Shown: positions 10,435 to 23,413, counted from the whole stretch's first letter. The stretch is DNA of 62,981 nt, filler included, from Octopus bimaculoides (GCF_001194135.2; 6 parts of 5 records of this genome joined end to end with filler, not necessarily neighbours in it), one strand, 5' to 3'. The notes: a model not told the origin generated them from the letters alone. A program made the numbers and translations.

Positions 10435-11415
10435 ATGGAATATACTTGCATCTTTTCTTCACGTCGCCCGACTGTTGTAAATGAATGCCACTGCATACAT
10501 TTTCAAAATTCAGCAAACACAAATATTCCTCTGCTTGGAAACAGGTGAGGTTTGGTGACAAGAACGGCACATGACTACAAACCCTTCTTCAGTAAACTAT
10601 GTCGGAACCATGCAAGCGTGGAAAAACGGAAGTCAAATGATGATGATGTACTTCATAATTGCTCTTTTTTTGTTTTGTGTAGAGCAGTTTTGATCAATGA
10701 CAATCAGACCGTGACCATTATCCAGCAGATTATAATTACCATCCAGTACCTTAACAAATGGGAAAGCACTTCAGGGCTTGAAACCTAGTTATGAAGTCAG
10801 GATGACCCCAATTTAAATGTCATTAATCATAGAGCTAGCTAATCAATTCGAGATGAACTGGTGGCCACTTAGACAACTATAAACTACATGTATTCCGATA
10901 CCTATCTTCTATCATATTTTCTTCCATTTTAATTTAAAGAGACTATTGAGTGATTTGAGAAGTTTACGAATGTTACGAAGAGGAATAGCCAATTACAGAC
11001 AAAAGCCAATTAGAGAAATTCTTGTCGCAGAAAGTGTTGACTGTTGTTTTTCGCAGGCTGTGCATCAAAGTGGGGAGTCTGGCTCTGGTTCGAATGTATT
11101 ATTTAATTTGTTGCTATTCTTTGGTTCTAGGCTATTCCAGATATTGCAAAACTATAAAGTCAATTCTCTTGTACCTATTCCAAATTTTTAGGCAAATATT
11201 ATTTTTGGAGACTGCATTGTATGATTCACTGAGTTCAATTGTCGTTGTTTTTAGGACAGTCGGGTGTGATTCGAGAAAGTTTTTGCCACTATTTCTAGCA
11301 ACCACTTTTGGTTCGACGGTACAATTGCCTTATTTCTCCTTATCATCAGGTCATTTCTAATACAGCTACATTTTTATCAAAAACGTCCCTCTGTAAGCCA
11401 TACCGAAAGACTTAC

Positions 11416-11561
11416 TTGGAAGACGACAGAGTAATTTGAGGGAGATTCAGCTACTGTTTCTACATGATCGTGCATAGGAGTTCTTTCGTCTCGGAACCTA
11501 TATATAAGTTGCTGTTGCTGCTGTTGATTTTGTTGTTGTTCAACCTCAGGACGGACCTGAT
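11416..11561 (-). CDS. Candidate exon (DQVRPEVEQQQNQQQQQQLIYRFRDERTPMHDHVETVAESPSNYSVVFQ), unidentified gene
   Basis: Lies within ORF 11377-11631(-). Consensus donor CAA|GTAAGT and plausible CCATTCATCACAG acceptor. Poly-Q tract. Confidence 0.35.
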
Positions 11562-12643
11562 CTGTGATGAATGGCACTTTAGTTGTGACCATAATATTTT
11601 CATTTGAAAACAATAGCATGTTTATAACCATTATTCAATAGCTCTGTTCTTTGTTATGAAAGTAGTTTGTAATTTCAGTGATATTCAGACGCCATTTCAG
11701 CTGGATTGATTATCACGTAGAAATGCTAATAGCAGTTTGTAAAAGCATGTAATCCTTATATGGTAATGTTATATTTACATTGTAATATGGAATAAATTCT
11801 TATGAACTGTGAATGGAAATTGTAGTTTAATCTTCTAGTTGCGGTTATATAAATAGAAACAGAACCACATTGTTACATATCTATTATCTATTTAAACACA
11901 CAACTTTATACTGTAGCAACATTACACCACTCCGTTATATATATATATTCATATCTGGATGAAACAAGTATTAGAATACCTGGTCGCTCTATGTTTTAGA
12001 ATTAGTGGCTAAATATCTCGTAAGTTAGAAGGTACTAGCTTACAATTATAGACTAAAAACCTGGCTATATAAAAAGTGCCAGGTGGTGTCGGTTGGAATA
12101 TGTTTGTTCATTGAGTCATTTAGTTATGAATAACCTAATCTTTGCCTAAACAAGGGGTCAACATGTTTGTAGTATGCTAACTTAGTGTCTCAAACCAAGT
12201 CACTGTGCGCATTCAAGCTGAAATAGTACACACGAGTGTTGTGTGAAATGAAAAATGTGTAGCATAAAGTCATAACTGTTTCAGGAAATATTCATAGATT
12301 GAACGTTACAGACATTTTTGTCGATCATAGAGAAATAGTTCATCACACCACATAAATTTTAAATTCATTGGAACCTTCATGTTTACAGTTATACAGATTC
12401 CAGTTAGTAATGTTTCTGCGTAACTTAAATCAGCACAATATACCACAAACAAAATTCTTACAAAAATTGTGCTATATCACCCGGTAGAACCCAAAATTAG
12501 GATAGAGTTATACCAAGAATTCTGTCATACCAGTAGATGTACCCTTTCGATTTAGAAAGATCTTGTAAGGATCAAGAATCTCTAACCTTTTTGCGATGTC
12601 AAACAATAAATCGCGTCGACAAACATAGACAGTTGCTGGAGTG

Positions 12644-13519
12644 TACGAGGTGTTAGCTAAACATATTCGACCTTAAGTTTTTTGTACAAAATAATAATCC
12701 GGGAGCAAAATCCGCATAGGTATTAGGTGTCCTTCCTCAGCATGCGGAAAATGTTCGTGCCTGTAGGTTGTGCCATACGCTTGCAGTGACGCATTGAGTA
12801 CGGACGTGAAGAGTGTGCGGTGTAACTTTTCATTTTGAGTCAAGGTGACTGAGCACATTGAGCAAATATACTGTCACCAATTCTGCCAGAATCTTGGTGA
12901 TACGCAAGCCCAGACTATCTAGAAGATACGAAAGGCTATTTGAGATGAGGTTGTGGGAAAAACACAAATAAACAAGTTGTACAACCGGTTCAAAGATGGC
13001 CGCATTTCAGTGGACAGTGCGCTACAATGTGGCAGACCAACGACTAGCCAAAACGACGAAATGATTGCAAAGGTTCGAGGAATCGTCTGTGAAAACCGTC
13101 GTGTGACTATTTGGGAAGGAAAGAACTGAAAACTCCACAATGACAACGTACCCGCTCATTCCGCCCACGTCGTCCGAACATTCCCCGTCAAGCAAAACAC
13201 ACCACTTGTTGGTCAGGCTTCCTATTCCCCCGACTTGGCGCCGTGTGTCTTTTCGGCTATTCCCAAAGCTCAAACAAAAAAAAACACTCAAAAGAAGAAG
13301 ATTTGAGTCAAAAGAGGACATTAAGCAAAATGCACCGGCACAGCTATACAGCATTGCAAAAATTGATTTCCAGAAATGGTTCCAGTAGTAGCTGGAACGC
13401 TGGAAGAAGTATGTAGACTTCCGAGGTGAATACACTGAAGGAAGTATAATGAAAACACGGTGAGGTTTTTAATATAGCTTGCATTTTTAATATAACCTGC
13501 GTTTTGACTACACCTCGTA
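12644..13519 (+). mobile_element. Internally deleted mariner DNA transposon
   Basis: TA-flanked termini TACGAGGTGT...ACACCTCGTA. N-terminal HTH remnant (NRFKDGRISVD...GRPTTS...RRVTI) joined to C-terminal motifs HNDNVPAH and YSPDLAPC. Contains stops and frameshifts. Confidence 0.9.
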
Positions 13520-14254
13520 TCTTGAGGAACATTGCCTTTTTAAGGACCAGTCTTATAAAGGATACTCAGGAGCTGGAAGCCCTTGTAATTAATTTATTTC
13601 CTTATCGGTAAAACGAAAAATATTTTCAACCCCTTAACAGAAATGACAACGTTCAGAATTGCGAATTTACAAATCTATATTATTATATGATACAAACTGG
13701 GGCACATTGTATGTGTTAATGCTATTTGTTTATCACTGTACATATTGCAGTTCAAATATTTGTGTGATAGTGGGGTTCTCTAGGCACATTGATCTCTTCG
13801 AGAACGAATTTTATTTTATGGTGTACTTCACTTTTCTACTTAATTTCAAATTATTTAAGAATGAATGAATATCAAGATTAAATGATGAAAATGAAAGTTT
13901 ACACTTTTATTTTGCGCTCTGTTCTTATTTAATTTCCTTGAGATGGCATATGTCATTTACTCAGCTAAGTTTTGAAATACACATTTAATAGAAACATCAC
14001 ACTCCTATAAACCTATCGGATAATAATTTCTTTTTTTGTTACGCGAAAGATAACTCTTGAAAAGACATCAAACATTGATGTATTTAACCGATTTTACATT
14101 ATTTCTTCATTAACAACGATTTATAGCTACATTTCACGCGGACAAGGGCGGTATTCTTCTCTCTTGCACGCACACACAGACATATACATACACACGCACA
14201 CATCCTCACACATGAAAATTTATACATGCGTATATAAAAACACATAGAGACAGA

Positions 14255-14768
14255 TAAAGGGACTGGACAAAATAATGGAAACGCCTTAAAATTTCAAATA
14301 AATTTATTTTAATATCGAGTAGGACGGCCTTTGGCAATAATTACAGCTTGAATTCTACGAGGTATGCGCTCGTAGAAAGTTTGAATTTTTTTCAATGGAA
14401 TTTTTGTCCATTCTTCAGCTAAAACAGTCTCCAGTTTTTGTAGTGATGATGGTGGAGGATATTGACTCCATACTTGTTTTTTCTAAAATGCTCCATAAAT
14501 GTTCAATAATATTGAGATCTGGTGATTGTGCTGGCCAGATAAGATGTTCAACTTCGCTAGAATGCTCCTCATACCAATCAGTAACAACTTTAGCTATGTG
14601 AATTTGTGCATTGTTATCCTGAAAGATTGCGTTTCCCTGCGGAAACAGTTCCGCAGCCATAGGATAAATGTGATCAGATAAAATGTTTAAATACTCTTGA
14701 GTATTAATTCTGCCATGAAGGGAAACCATTGGGATCGGTGTGTCCATTATCTTGTCCAACCCTTGTGT
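14255..14768 (-). mobile_element. Non-autonomous Tc1-family deletion derivative
   Basis: TIRs AGGG(A/T)(C/T)TGGACAA(A/G)ATAATGGA.AC at both ends. C-terminal transposase IFQDNNAQIH...WPAQSPDLNIIEHLW (DD34E-type region). N-terminal half absent. Confidence 0.9.
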
Positions 14769-14772
14769 GTAT

Positions 14773-14831
<59 letters not shown>

Positions 14832-16639
14832 GAGATATTCGAATTATTTGAGAATGTAGTGATTTATATTACATGATACCGCCTTATATTAACTAATCTA
14901 CGTTCTATCTTCTTTCGTATTCTTATTTTGTTGTTTTATCCTGAGTTGGTTTGGAAAAGAGTTTTTTTTTCCTGAGATATATACATACGTATATATTTCT
15001 AGGTGTGTATATATATATATATATATATATATGAACGCTCGTGCATATAGATGCGTGTGTGTGCAGATGTGTGCAGGTGTATGCGTTGATATGGCCGTTG
15101 TTGTTGCACTTATTGTTGTTTAAGGTGACGTCAGCTCGGATTGTGTTGAGAAGTTGGTGGTAACAATAACCGTATGTTCTGTTCAGGAATAGTGTCTAGT
15201 ACCTATTAGATTATTTTATGCAATATGTACTCCTTGCTTTTAAGAGGGTAGAGTATGATTGAAGTCGTTTTTAGCTGCTATTACCTGCACATCTGAAGTA
15301 TTCACACGGTAATTCATTCGCTGTCTCCTGCTAATCAGTGTTTATAACCATGATATATTAGTCATTGATTAAATTACCTCGATGTGCGTAGTAAATGAAT
15401 ACTTATTATAGGTAATGTTTCGTTCGAATGATGGCACAGAGTTCCTACACTCAATGCCATAATACGATAACCGTTTTCAAACAACCTTGGTTAGGAATGT
15501 GATATAGAAATGCTGCGGATGGAATTGACTCTAAATATGTCAAACTGAGTGCCGATATATCAAACTGTGCATATTACAAGGCGTTTACTGAGGAAAATAA
15601 AATGAAACCTTGCCCAAAACTAATACTGTAACTAGAAGGCTTTCATTTTATTAACGCTTAAGAGAAAGGATTTATGATGCGTGAATTATCTTTTGGCTCA
15701 AAGTAGTATGTCATTTTGTCTAAATATTCGCATTCTGCTTCATGAAGATGATTTCAGTCTGTCAAATTATAAACGATACCTACAGAAATTGGAAATCCCT
15801 TGGTTTCGAACAAGGAGTAAATATTATATACAAAAGAGATTTATGGAAGAGGTCGTGTATATGATAATGCTAACGATGCTGATGTTTCAAAACAAGAGGG
15901 TGATGTTGACGATGCTGTAATATATTAACCAATGCCAAAATTATGGCGTATTTGCCTTCCAGAAAAGACTATTTCTAAACTCATGAATAAAAATGAAGTT
16001 ATTCATACTGACAGCTACTTTCGAACGAAGGAAATTAAATCTTATCCACTCTTCCTCGTGTTCTAAAGAAATGTTGGGTAAAATATTGATAATGATAACT
16101 AATTATATGAAACATATGGTTCTGTATACTGACACCGCTGCAGACACATAGAAGCATATTTGTATAAAAGAGAGGGTGACCGGCATATTTAAATTGGTTT
16201 GCGAACATAAAAAAAGCATATGATTTATCTATAAGGATTACCATAAGTAGGCCAACATTTAAAAGATTTATATTCGAAATCCTTTTCAGGCGAACGAGAC
16301 ACGTGCAAAAGATATACGTGAGTACCTGAATGTATATATATGTTATGTGTACTTGTAATATATATGTGTGGGTGTATATGCGTGTGTGAGTCAGTCTTTA
16401 TGTATATATAAATATAAGTATGTATGCGCGTGCGTTTGAGTGTGTATATATATATATATATATGCAGTTATAAATTGAGGATATAATCATTAAAATGATT
16501 GTATCATTGGCTAGCGTATAAAGAAACGGCCATATCGGTAAAAATTAATTTTGGACTACATAATTGTAAAAATATAGTTATAATTAAGGGCGCTGGATTC
16601 TAGTGTAAAGAACAAGAGAAGAAGAATCCTCTGTAAGTT

Positions 16640-17185
16640 AAAAAAATCGGCTAGCAAGCTCATTTCAAGTCATTCAACTGTTCACCACCGTCTTCAATAG
16701 CTTGGAAAATTGTCCAAACTCGGAAAAGGGGATTTCCCTAGATTTTACAGGCGCCAACCAACTACCATGTGTGGATGTCTGTATATCTCTTCCCTCTTGT
16801 GAACGTATCTCCGCACTTTTTAACAGATTAGTGACTGGTGGTGGAAAATGAATTTTTTATGAAAATGTTAAGCGACGCAGATAATGGCTTAGTTGTGGAA
16901 AACAGGCTGAACAACAACCCCAAAAGAACTTCCATGCAAACAAGTTCGTCCACCTGTTTGGTAGGATTGCATTGGAGCCACCAAATAATGCAACAATTGC
17001 TACTCACAACTATGGCCAACAGTTAAAGTGTTTGGATACTGCTTTGAGGAAAAAAGGCCTGCTTTAGAAAAGCAAAAGGGAGTAGTTATTTATCATGATA
17101 AAGCAAGGCCCCACACTGCAAAGATTGCATTAAAAAATCGAAGAATTTGACTGGGAAAAATCCCTCACGCGCCTTAATCCTCATT
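16640..17185 (+). mobile_element. Degenerate mariner transposase
   Basis: Remnant motifs SHSTVHHRLQ*LGKLSKLGK, NRLVTGGGK*IFYENVKRR and VVIYHDKARPHTAK..EEFDWEKIPH. Multiple stops and frameshifts. Confidence 0.8.
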
Positions 17186-18387
17186 GTATTTATGGCTGTT
17201 AGCCGGTGTAGTGGTATTAAGAGTGATCAGGTGGAACACTTGAGACACGCTTAAAACTTGCAATCCTATCAGCATTTTTTCTAAGTCCTAGAGAACACGT
17301 TGGATTTGTTGCTGTTTTCCAATGACAAACATGTCTGATTTCAAACTGTACGTCGAAGCATATACCAGCATATCTTATGGTCTAAAGTTTCTTAATTTCA
17401 CCAACTTGGTTTGGTATTTTATCTCTCACGAAAGGAGGAAATAAAAAATTAACCCAGTCAGCATTTGAATTCAAAGATGGAGGGCTTGGGCGAATACGGA
17501 AAAACATCCTACAAAATAGCCTCACATCTCTGTCACCACAACGTCTGTTTATGCATTTTATGTTGTTACAGAGTACTTGGAGGAGATTTGTGAGAATGAC
17601 AAAGAAAATGCGTGTTCAAGCATCTTTAATAGCGACATTTTCTCCATTTGTTTGGTGATGGAGTGTTATTTTAAAACGTCATCAAGAATGAAAGAACATC
17701 GAATACTTATCAGTCAGAGAGAGAATAAAACATGTGTTTTGATGACACAGTTTTAATCTCCGATGTATTGAGAGAATCAAATCTAAGGAATTTATATTGG
17801 TAAATTGTTTCCAGAACAAAATAGATTGAGTTGTTATTGATTATTGCTTAAATTGTCGAGAGTTTCTGAAACAGAAATAGATTTATAAGGACATTAGAGT
17901 AGAAACATTCGCTACAAAGGTTGTTACATATTAAGGAGCTTCTTCAAAATCTTTGTCAAATTTGTGTACATAGATAGTTACATACCAGTGCCGCTCGCCG
18001 CCCCTCAACACACACACACACACATAAACACAAAAGCATATATATATATATATATATATATANNNNNNNNNNNNNNNNNNNNNNNNNNNNNNNNNNNNNN
18101 NNNNNNNNNNNNNNNNNNNNNNNNNNNNNNNNNNNNNNNNNNNNNNNNNNNNNNNNNNNNNNNNNNNNNNNNNNNNNNNNNNNNNNNNNNNNNNNNNNNN
18201 NNNNNNNNNNNNNNNNNNNNNNNNNNNNNNNNNNNNNNNNNNNNNNNNNNNNNNNNNNNNNNNNNNNNNNNNNNNNNNNNNNNNNNNNNNNNNNNNNNNN
18301 NNNNNNNNNNNNNNNNNNNNNNNNNNNNNNNNNNNNNNNNNNNNNNNNNNNNNNNNNNNNNNNNNNNNNNNNNNNNNNNNNNNNNNN

Positions 18388-18418
<31 letters not shown>

Positions 18419-18440
18419 CATATATATACATATATATGTG

Positions 18441-18471
<31 letters not shown>

Positions 18472-19838
18472 GTATGTATATATATATTCATATACATATA
18501 TATATATATTCACATATATATACATATATATTTATGCACAAACACGCTCATATATATACATATATATTTAAATACACATATATATTCATATACATACATA
18601 CACGTCTCAACTTATATGCAAATGCGCATATATGTATAACTGTAGGTATGGATATATATGTATATATGTCTGTGTGTGTGTGTGTGTGTGTGTATGTGGA
18701 AGATAACATACTTTTATAACAGCGTCTTGAAAGGTAAAATGCCTACGTGAGTGACTGAGTTGCTTGGAAATAAAATAGTGTTTGTTGTGCGTATTAAAAG
18801 TTAATGGAACAAACGTTTTTCCTAAAGTAAATCTAAGATTGGGAAACAATTTTCCATAATTATTGTCATCAATTGATTTTGGTTTTTCGAAAATGTCGTA
18901 CGGCGTTGGCAACAGACAGTGAGAGAGAGAGAGACAGAGAGATAGAGACAGAGAGACAGACGGAGACAGAGAGAGTGTGTGGAAGAGTGAGCGGAAGAGA
19001 TAGAGAGGAAATACAAAGAAATAAAACAACTACGCAAGGTAAGCTATAACTGACAAATAAGATAATGCATTTGTAACATTAACAATAAAAGCAATATTAC
19101 AATCTAAATGTTGATAACATTATTTGATAAACAATGGCAACAACATCACCATCAATAATAAAAATAACATCATCTTGCACAACATTATTACAATCATCAG
19201 CTTCGTCATCAACATTTGCAAAAACAACAGCAAGACTAATAAGTAGAAAAATTTAGAGAAAATATTAGAGAAATTTGTTTTTACATTATTCATAACATAT
19301 TTTGAATGAGGTTATTTGTGATTTTAAAATTAAAACTTTATAATAATGATAGCGTTCTGGATGATGTTGTCATCGTTATTGCTGGCTAGATGTTACATTT
19401 ATAATGTCGTCTGTGGTGGACACGGCAACAAATTGTAGAATGTTTGTCTTCCCCGTTTTCTAGTGGCTGTTGTTTTACCAAGTGTTACTGTTTGTCTTCA
19501 GTGTAGACATAACACCTGTTGTGGCCGCGAAACGGCCTGCATTGAAAGCGGTGGGTTAGCAGAAAGCAGAAAGCAGAATGTCTTATATTAGATAAATTAG
19601 GTTGAGTATAAAAACCACAGAAGAGAATGCGAGAAAGATCAACAGACCTGTGGGAAATGCATTTTCAAATAGTTTTGAAGAGATTATTCTTTCGCTTCGT
19701 TGTCATGGGGCAATTTCGAAAGATTTGTGTCATTGTGCATATATGGTATACACACAAACATACACACGCATACATATACATACACACACATTATCACACA
19801 TACACACACATTATCACACATACACATATAAATGCTTT

Positions 19839-19880
<42 letters not shown>

Positions 19881-19934
19881 NNNNNNNNNNNNNNNNNNNN
19901 NNNNNNNNNNNNNNNNNNNNNNNNNNNNNNNNNN

Positions 19935-19986
<52 letters not shown>

Positions 19987-20042
19987 AGCGTATGCATAGA
20001 ATGTTAGGAGTGGTGTACAGATATTAAATATTCCTTGTTAGT

Positions 20043-20427
20043 CTAGGCACAGGGCCCGGAATTTTAGGGAATTGGGACAGATTAGATTGACACCAGTACA
20101 GAACTGGTACTTAATTTATTGAAACCGAAAGAATGAAAGACAAAGTCGAGCTCGGTGGAATTTGGACTCAGAACGTAAAGACAGATGAAATACCTATTTC
20201 TGTATTGCACACAAGAGGCTAAACATAGAGGGGACAAACAAGGACAGACAAACGGATTAAGTCGATTACATCGACCCCAGTGCGTAACTGGTACTTAATT
20301 TATCGACCCCGAAAGGATGAAAGGCAAAGTCGACCTCGGCGGAATTTGAACTCAGAACGTAACGGCAGACGAAATACCGCTAGGCATTTCACTCGGCGTG
20401 CTAACGTATCTTCCAGCTCGCCGCCTT
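20043..20427 (-). mobile_element. Tandem/composite family A SINE pair
   Basis: Two cores. The right-hand copy is close to consensus, with a full head (GGCGGCGAGCTGG on the minus strand) and a CCCTCTATGTTTAGCC-type tail. The left-hand copy is truncated at GAAATACC. Confidence 0.85.
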
Positions 20428-20723
20428 GTAAATATTGAATATTGACAAAAGAGGATGTGGCCAAAATTTTGGAAAAGTAATTTTTTATTTATCCATTATT
20501 ATTAACGCTTTCGTTCATTTTCGAACTAGTGAAATAATTTTTTTTTNNNNNNNNNNNNNNNNNNNNNNNNNNNNNNNNNNNNNNNNNNNNTTAATTAATT
20601 AANNNNNNNNNNNNNNNNNNNNNNNNNNNNNNNNNNNNNNNNNNNNGAAAAGATAATAGTTATAGTGACGTTGAAAGTTTTGAAATGATGATAATAATAA
20701 TACTGATAAATAACTACAGCTAT

Positions 20724-20789
<66 letters not shown>

Positions 20790-21260
20790 CATCACCAGTA
20801 ACAACAATAATAATGAAGGTGATGAGGATGATGGTGTTAGTGTTAACCATATCAACATTGGGATAATTGAAATGTAAAACTTCTGGAAAATAGTAGAAAT
20901 AATAGCAATAGAATTCAATGAAAACAGGAATGTTGTTTACTAAACGTTGTTTTGGCTAAATATAGCCAAATAATTATTTCTTTAGGTACGGTCAAAGTAA
21001 AGAATCCTTGACGTGCCCACCAAACTGTAATGCCTAAGCCGCACGCCAGTTGACTAAGATATTTCGTTGAAAAAAATAAAGCGGGATAAATGCTAGGTTG
21101 GCGCATTCACCAAACCGTGACACCTAATCCACATACTGATTGGTCAAAATACAGTTCGTAAGATTCAGCCTGCTGGAGCCCATCAGAGGGTATTTAAAGG
21201 ACAAATTTAATCATTTCACTACAGTTGTCAGTTGTGGAACACAACTATCACTTCTGTTAC

Positions 21261-21303
21261 ATAAACCTGATGATTGCATAACGCATGAAAGTATTAGTTT
21301 TAT
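21261..21303 (+). ncRNA. Degenerate minimal hammerhead-like motif
   Basis: ATAAAC-CTGATGA-TTGC(ATAAC)GCAT-GAA-AGTATT-A-GTTTTAT. Core intact, stem I 4 bp (6 with a bulge), stem II with one mismatch, near-palindromic stem III. Confidence 0.4.
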
Positions 21304-21434
21304 CCTTAAAAAAAATATAACATCTATTATTATAATATTGTAAAATTGTAAAACTTGCAAATAATAAAACGTGAAAATCAGACTACGTTGGAATTTCATT
21401 GGTTAATATGTATGTATGTATGTATATATATATG

Positions 21435-21465
<31 letters not shown>

Positions 21466-22392
21466 NNNNNNNNNNNNNNNNNNNNNNNNNNNNNNNNNNN
21501 NNNNNNNNNNNNNNNNNNNNNNNNNNNNNNNNNNNNNNNNNNNNNNNNNNNNNNNNNNNNNNNNNNNNNNNNNNNNNNNNNNNNNNNNNNNNNNNNNNNN
21601 NNNNNNNNNNNNNNNNNNNNNNNNNNNNNNNNNNNNNNNNNNNNNNNNNNNNNNNNNNNNNNNNNNNNNNNNNNNNNNNNNNNNNNNNNNNNNNNNNNNN
21701 NNNNNNNNNNNNNNNNNNNNNNNNNNNNNNNNNNNNNNNNNNNNNNNNNNNNNNNNNNNNNNNNNNNNNNNNNNNNNNNNNNNNNNNNNNNNNNNNNNNN
21801 NNNNNNNNNNNNNNNNNNNNNNNNNNNNNNNNNNNNNNNNNNNNNNNNNNNNNNNNNNNNNNNNNNNNNNNNNNNNNNNNNNNNNNNNNNNNNNNNNNNN
21901 NNNNNNNNNNNNNNNNNNNNNNNNNNNNNNNNNNNNNNNNNNNNNNNNNNNNNNNNNNNNNNNNNNNNNNNNNNNNNNNNNNNNNNNNNNNNNNNNNNNN
22001 NNNNNNNNNNNNNNNNNNNNNNNNNNNNNNNNNNNNNNNNNNNNNNNNNNNNNNNNNNNNNNNNNNNNNNNNNNNNNNNNNNNNNNNNNNNNNNNNNNNN
22101 NNNNNNNNNNNNNNNNNNNNNNNNNNNNNNNNNNNNNNNNNNNNNNNNNNNNNNNNNNNNNNNNNNNNNNNNNNNNNNNNNNNNNNNNNNNNNNNNNNNN
22201 NNNNNNNNNNNNNNNNNNNNNNNNNNNNNNNNNNNNNNNNNNNNNNNNNNNNNNNNNNNNNNNNNNNNNNNNNNNNNNNNNNNNNNNNNNNNNNNNNNNN
22301 NNNNNNNNNNNNNNNNNNNNNNNNNNNNNNNNNNNNNNNNNNNNNNNNNNNNNNNNNNNNNNNNNNNNNNNNNNNNNNNNNNNNNNNNNNNN

Positions 22393-22713
22393 CGAACTCG
22401 GAACCTTGGGGTTAGTAGCCCACGGGCATATGGCGTAGTGGTTAAGAGCGCGGGCTACTAACCCCAAGGTTCCGAGTTCGATTCACGGCAACGACCTGAT
22501 TAATAATAGTAATAATAATAATATAATAATAATAGTAACATCGTTAGGAATGAGAACCCAGGTTCGAAATTTCCCCAAGACACCTGACGAAGGCTGGAGG
22601 GTATATCAGCCGAAACGTTGTGTTAACAACAAACAAGATGAGGAGAAATATCCGTCAAATGTAAATAATATAAATAATGTAAATAATTCCTCATCTCTTA
22701 AATATAGAACTGT
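22393..22713 (+). mobile_element. Full tRNA-Arg-head/(AAT)n/hammerhead unit (solo PLE pseudo-LTR or SINE-like copy) with 5' inverted duplication
   Basis: A-box TGGCGTAGTGG at 22431, B-box GAGTTCGATTC, AAT-rich tract, hammerhead at 22579-22624, (ATGTAAATA)n-like tail. 22393-22421 is the exact reverse complement of 22452-22480. Confidence 0.85.
22579..22624 (+). ncRNA. Minimal type I hammerhead ribozyme (intact core)
   Basis: GACAC-CTGACGA-A-GGCTG(GAGGGTATAT)CAGCC-GAA-ACGT-T-GTGTT. Predicted cleavage after 22619. Confidence 0.75.
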
Positions 22714-22717
22714 ATTA

Positions 22718-23216
22718 ACTATTGATTTGCATCAATTATTATTTATTAATAATTTACAAAAACGACTGCATCCCGCGTCTAACAGCTGTTTCTGCTGCCA
22801 ATGTTCTTTGGAATTACCATTATGATGCTATAAGAGAATATTTATCAGAGTTGGTAATAAAACAGATTTGCATCGTGGAGCTTTATCGGAGTGGAGAATA
22901 AATAAATAAAAAGAAGAGACATGAAAAGAAGAAGGAAAGGCTGAGTATGGTGACAGTCAGGTCATGTTGCGTGTAGAGCCATTGGACGATAAGTATTAAA
23001 TCATTCCCTCTTTTCTTGTCTCTTCTTTCTATTTATTTATTTTCAACTCTGATGAAGCTCCGTGATTCAAATCACCTTTATTACCAACTATGATAAATGC
23101 TCTCTTAGTATCGTAATGGTAATTCCAAAGAATATTACCAGCAGAAACAGCTGTTAGATGGGGTGCAGCTTTTTTGTAAATTATTAATAAATAAAACCTG
23201 ATGCAAATCAATTGTT
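22718..23216. repeat. Fold-back element: two inverted arms of about 210-220 bp with a spacer of about 65 bp
   Basis: 22718-22940 is a diverged reverse complement of 23005-23216, e.g. TCTAACAGCTGTTTCTGCTG / CAGCAGAAACAGCTGTTAGA and TTTGGAATTACCATTA / TAATGGTAATTCCAAA. Confidence 0.85.
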
Positions 23217-23341
23217 GTTCATCAATGTTATTTCCATTTATTATTTTCTTTAAATTTTGATTCCTGATAAACTCCTGTTTATACATATATAGCTAAAAAT
23301 TTATAAGTTCTGAAAAAAAGTTGTAGAAGAATTCGTTACTG

Positions 23342-23413
23342 GGCAGTTTAGCTTAATGGTAAGGCACTTGACACGTAATCACAGACATGTGAGTTCGAGT
23401 CTCATGGCTGGCC
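23342..23413 (+). pseudogene. tRNA-Thr(CGT)-like pseudogene or isolated SINE head
   Basis: D arm GCTT-AATGGTA-AGGC, loop CA-CGT-AA, T arm GTGAG-TTCGAGT-CTCAT, T5 run downstream. Acceptor and anticodon stems are mismatched and position 33 is A rather than U. Confidence 0.5.
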
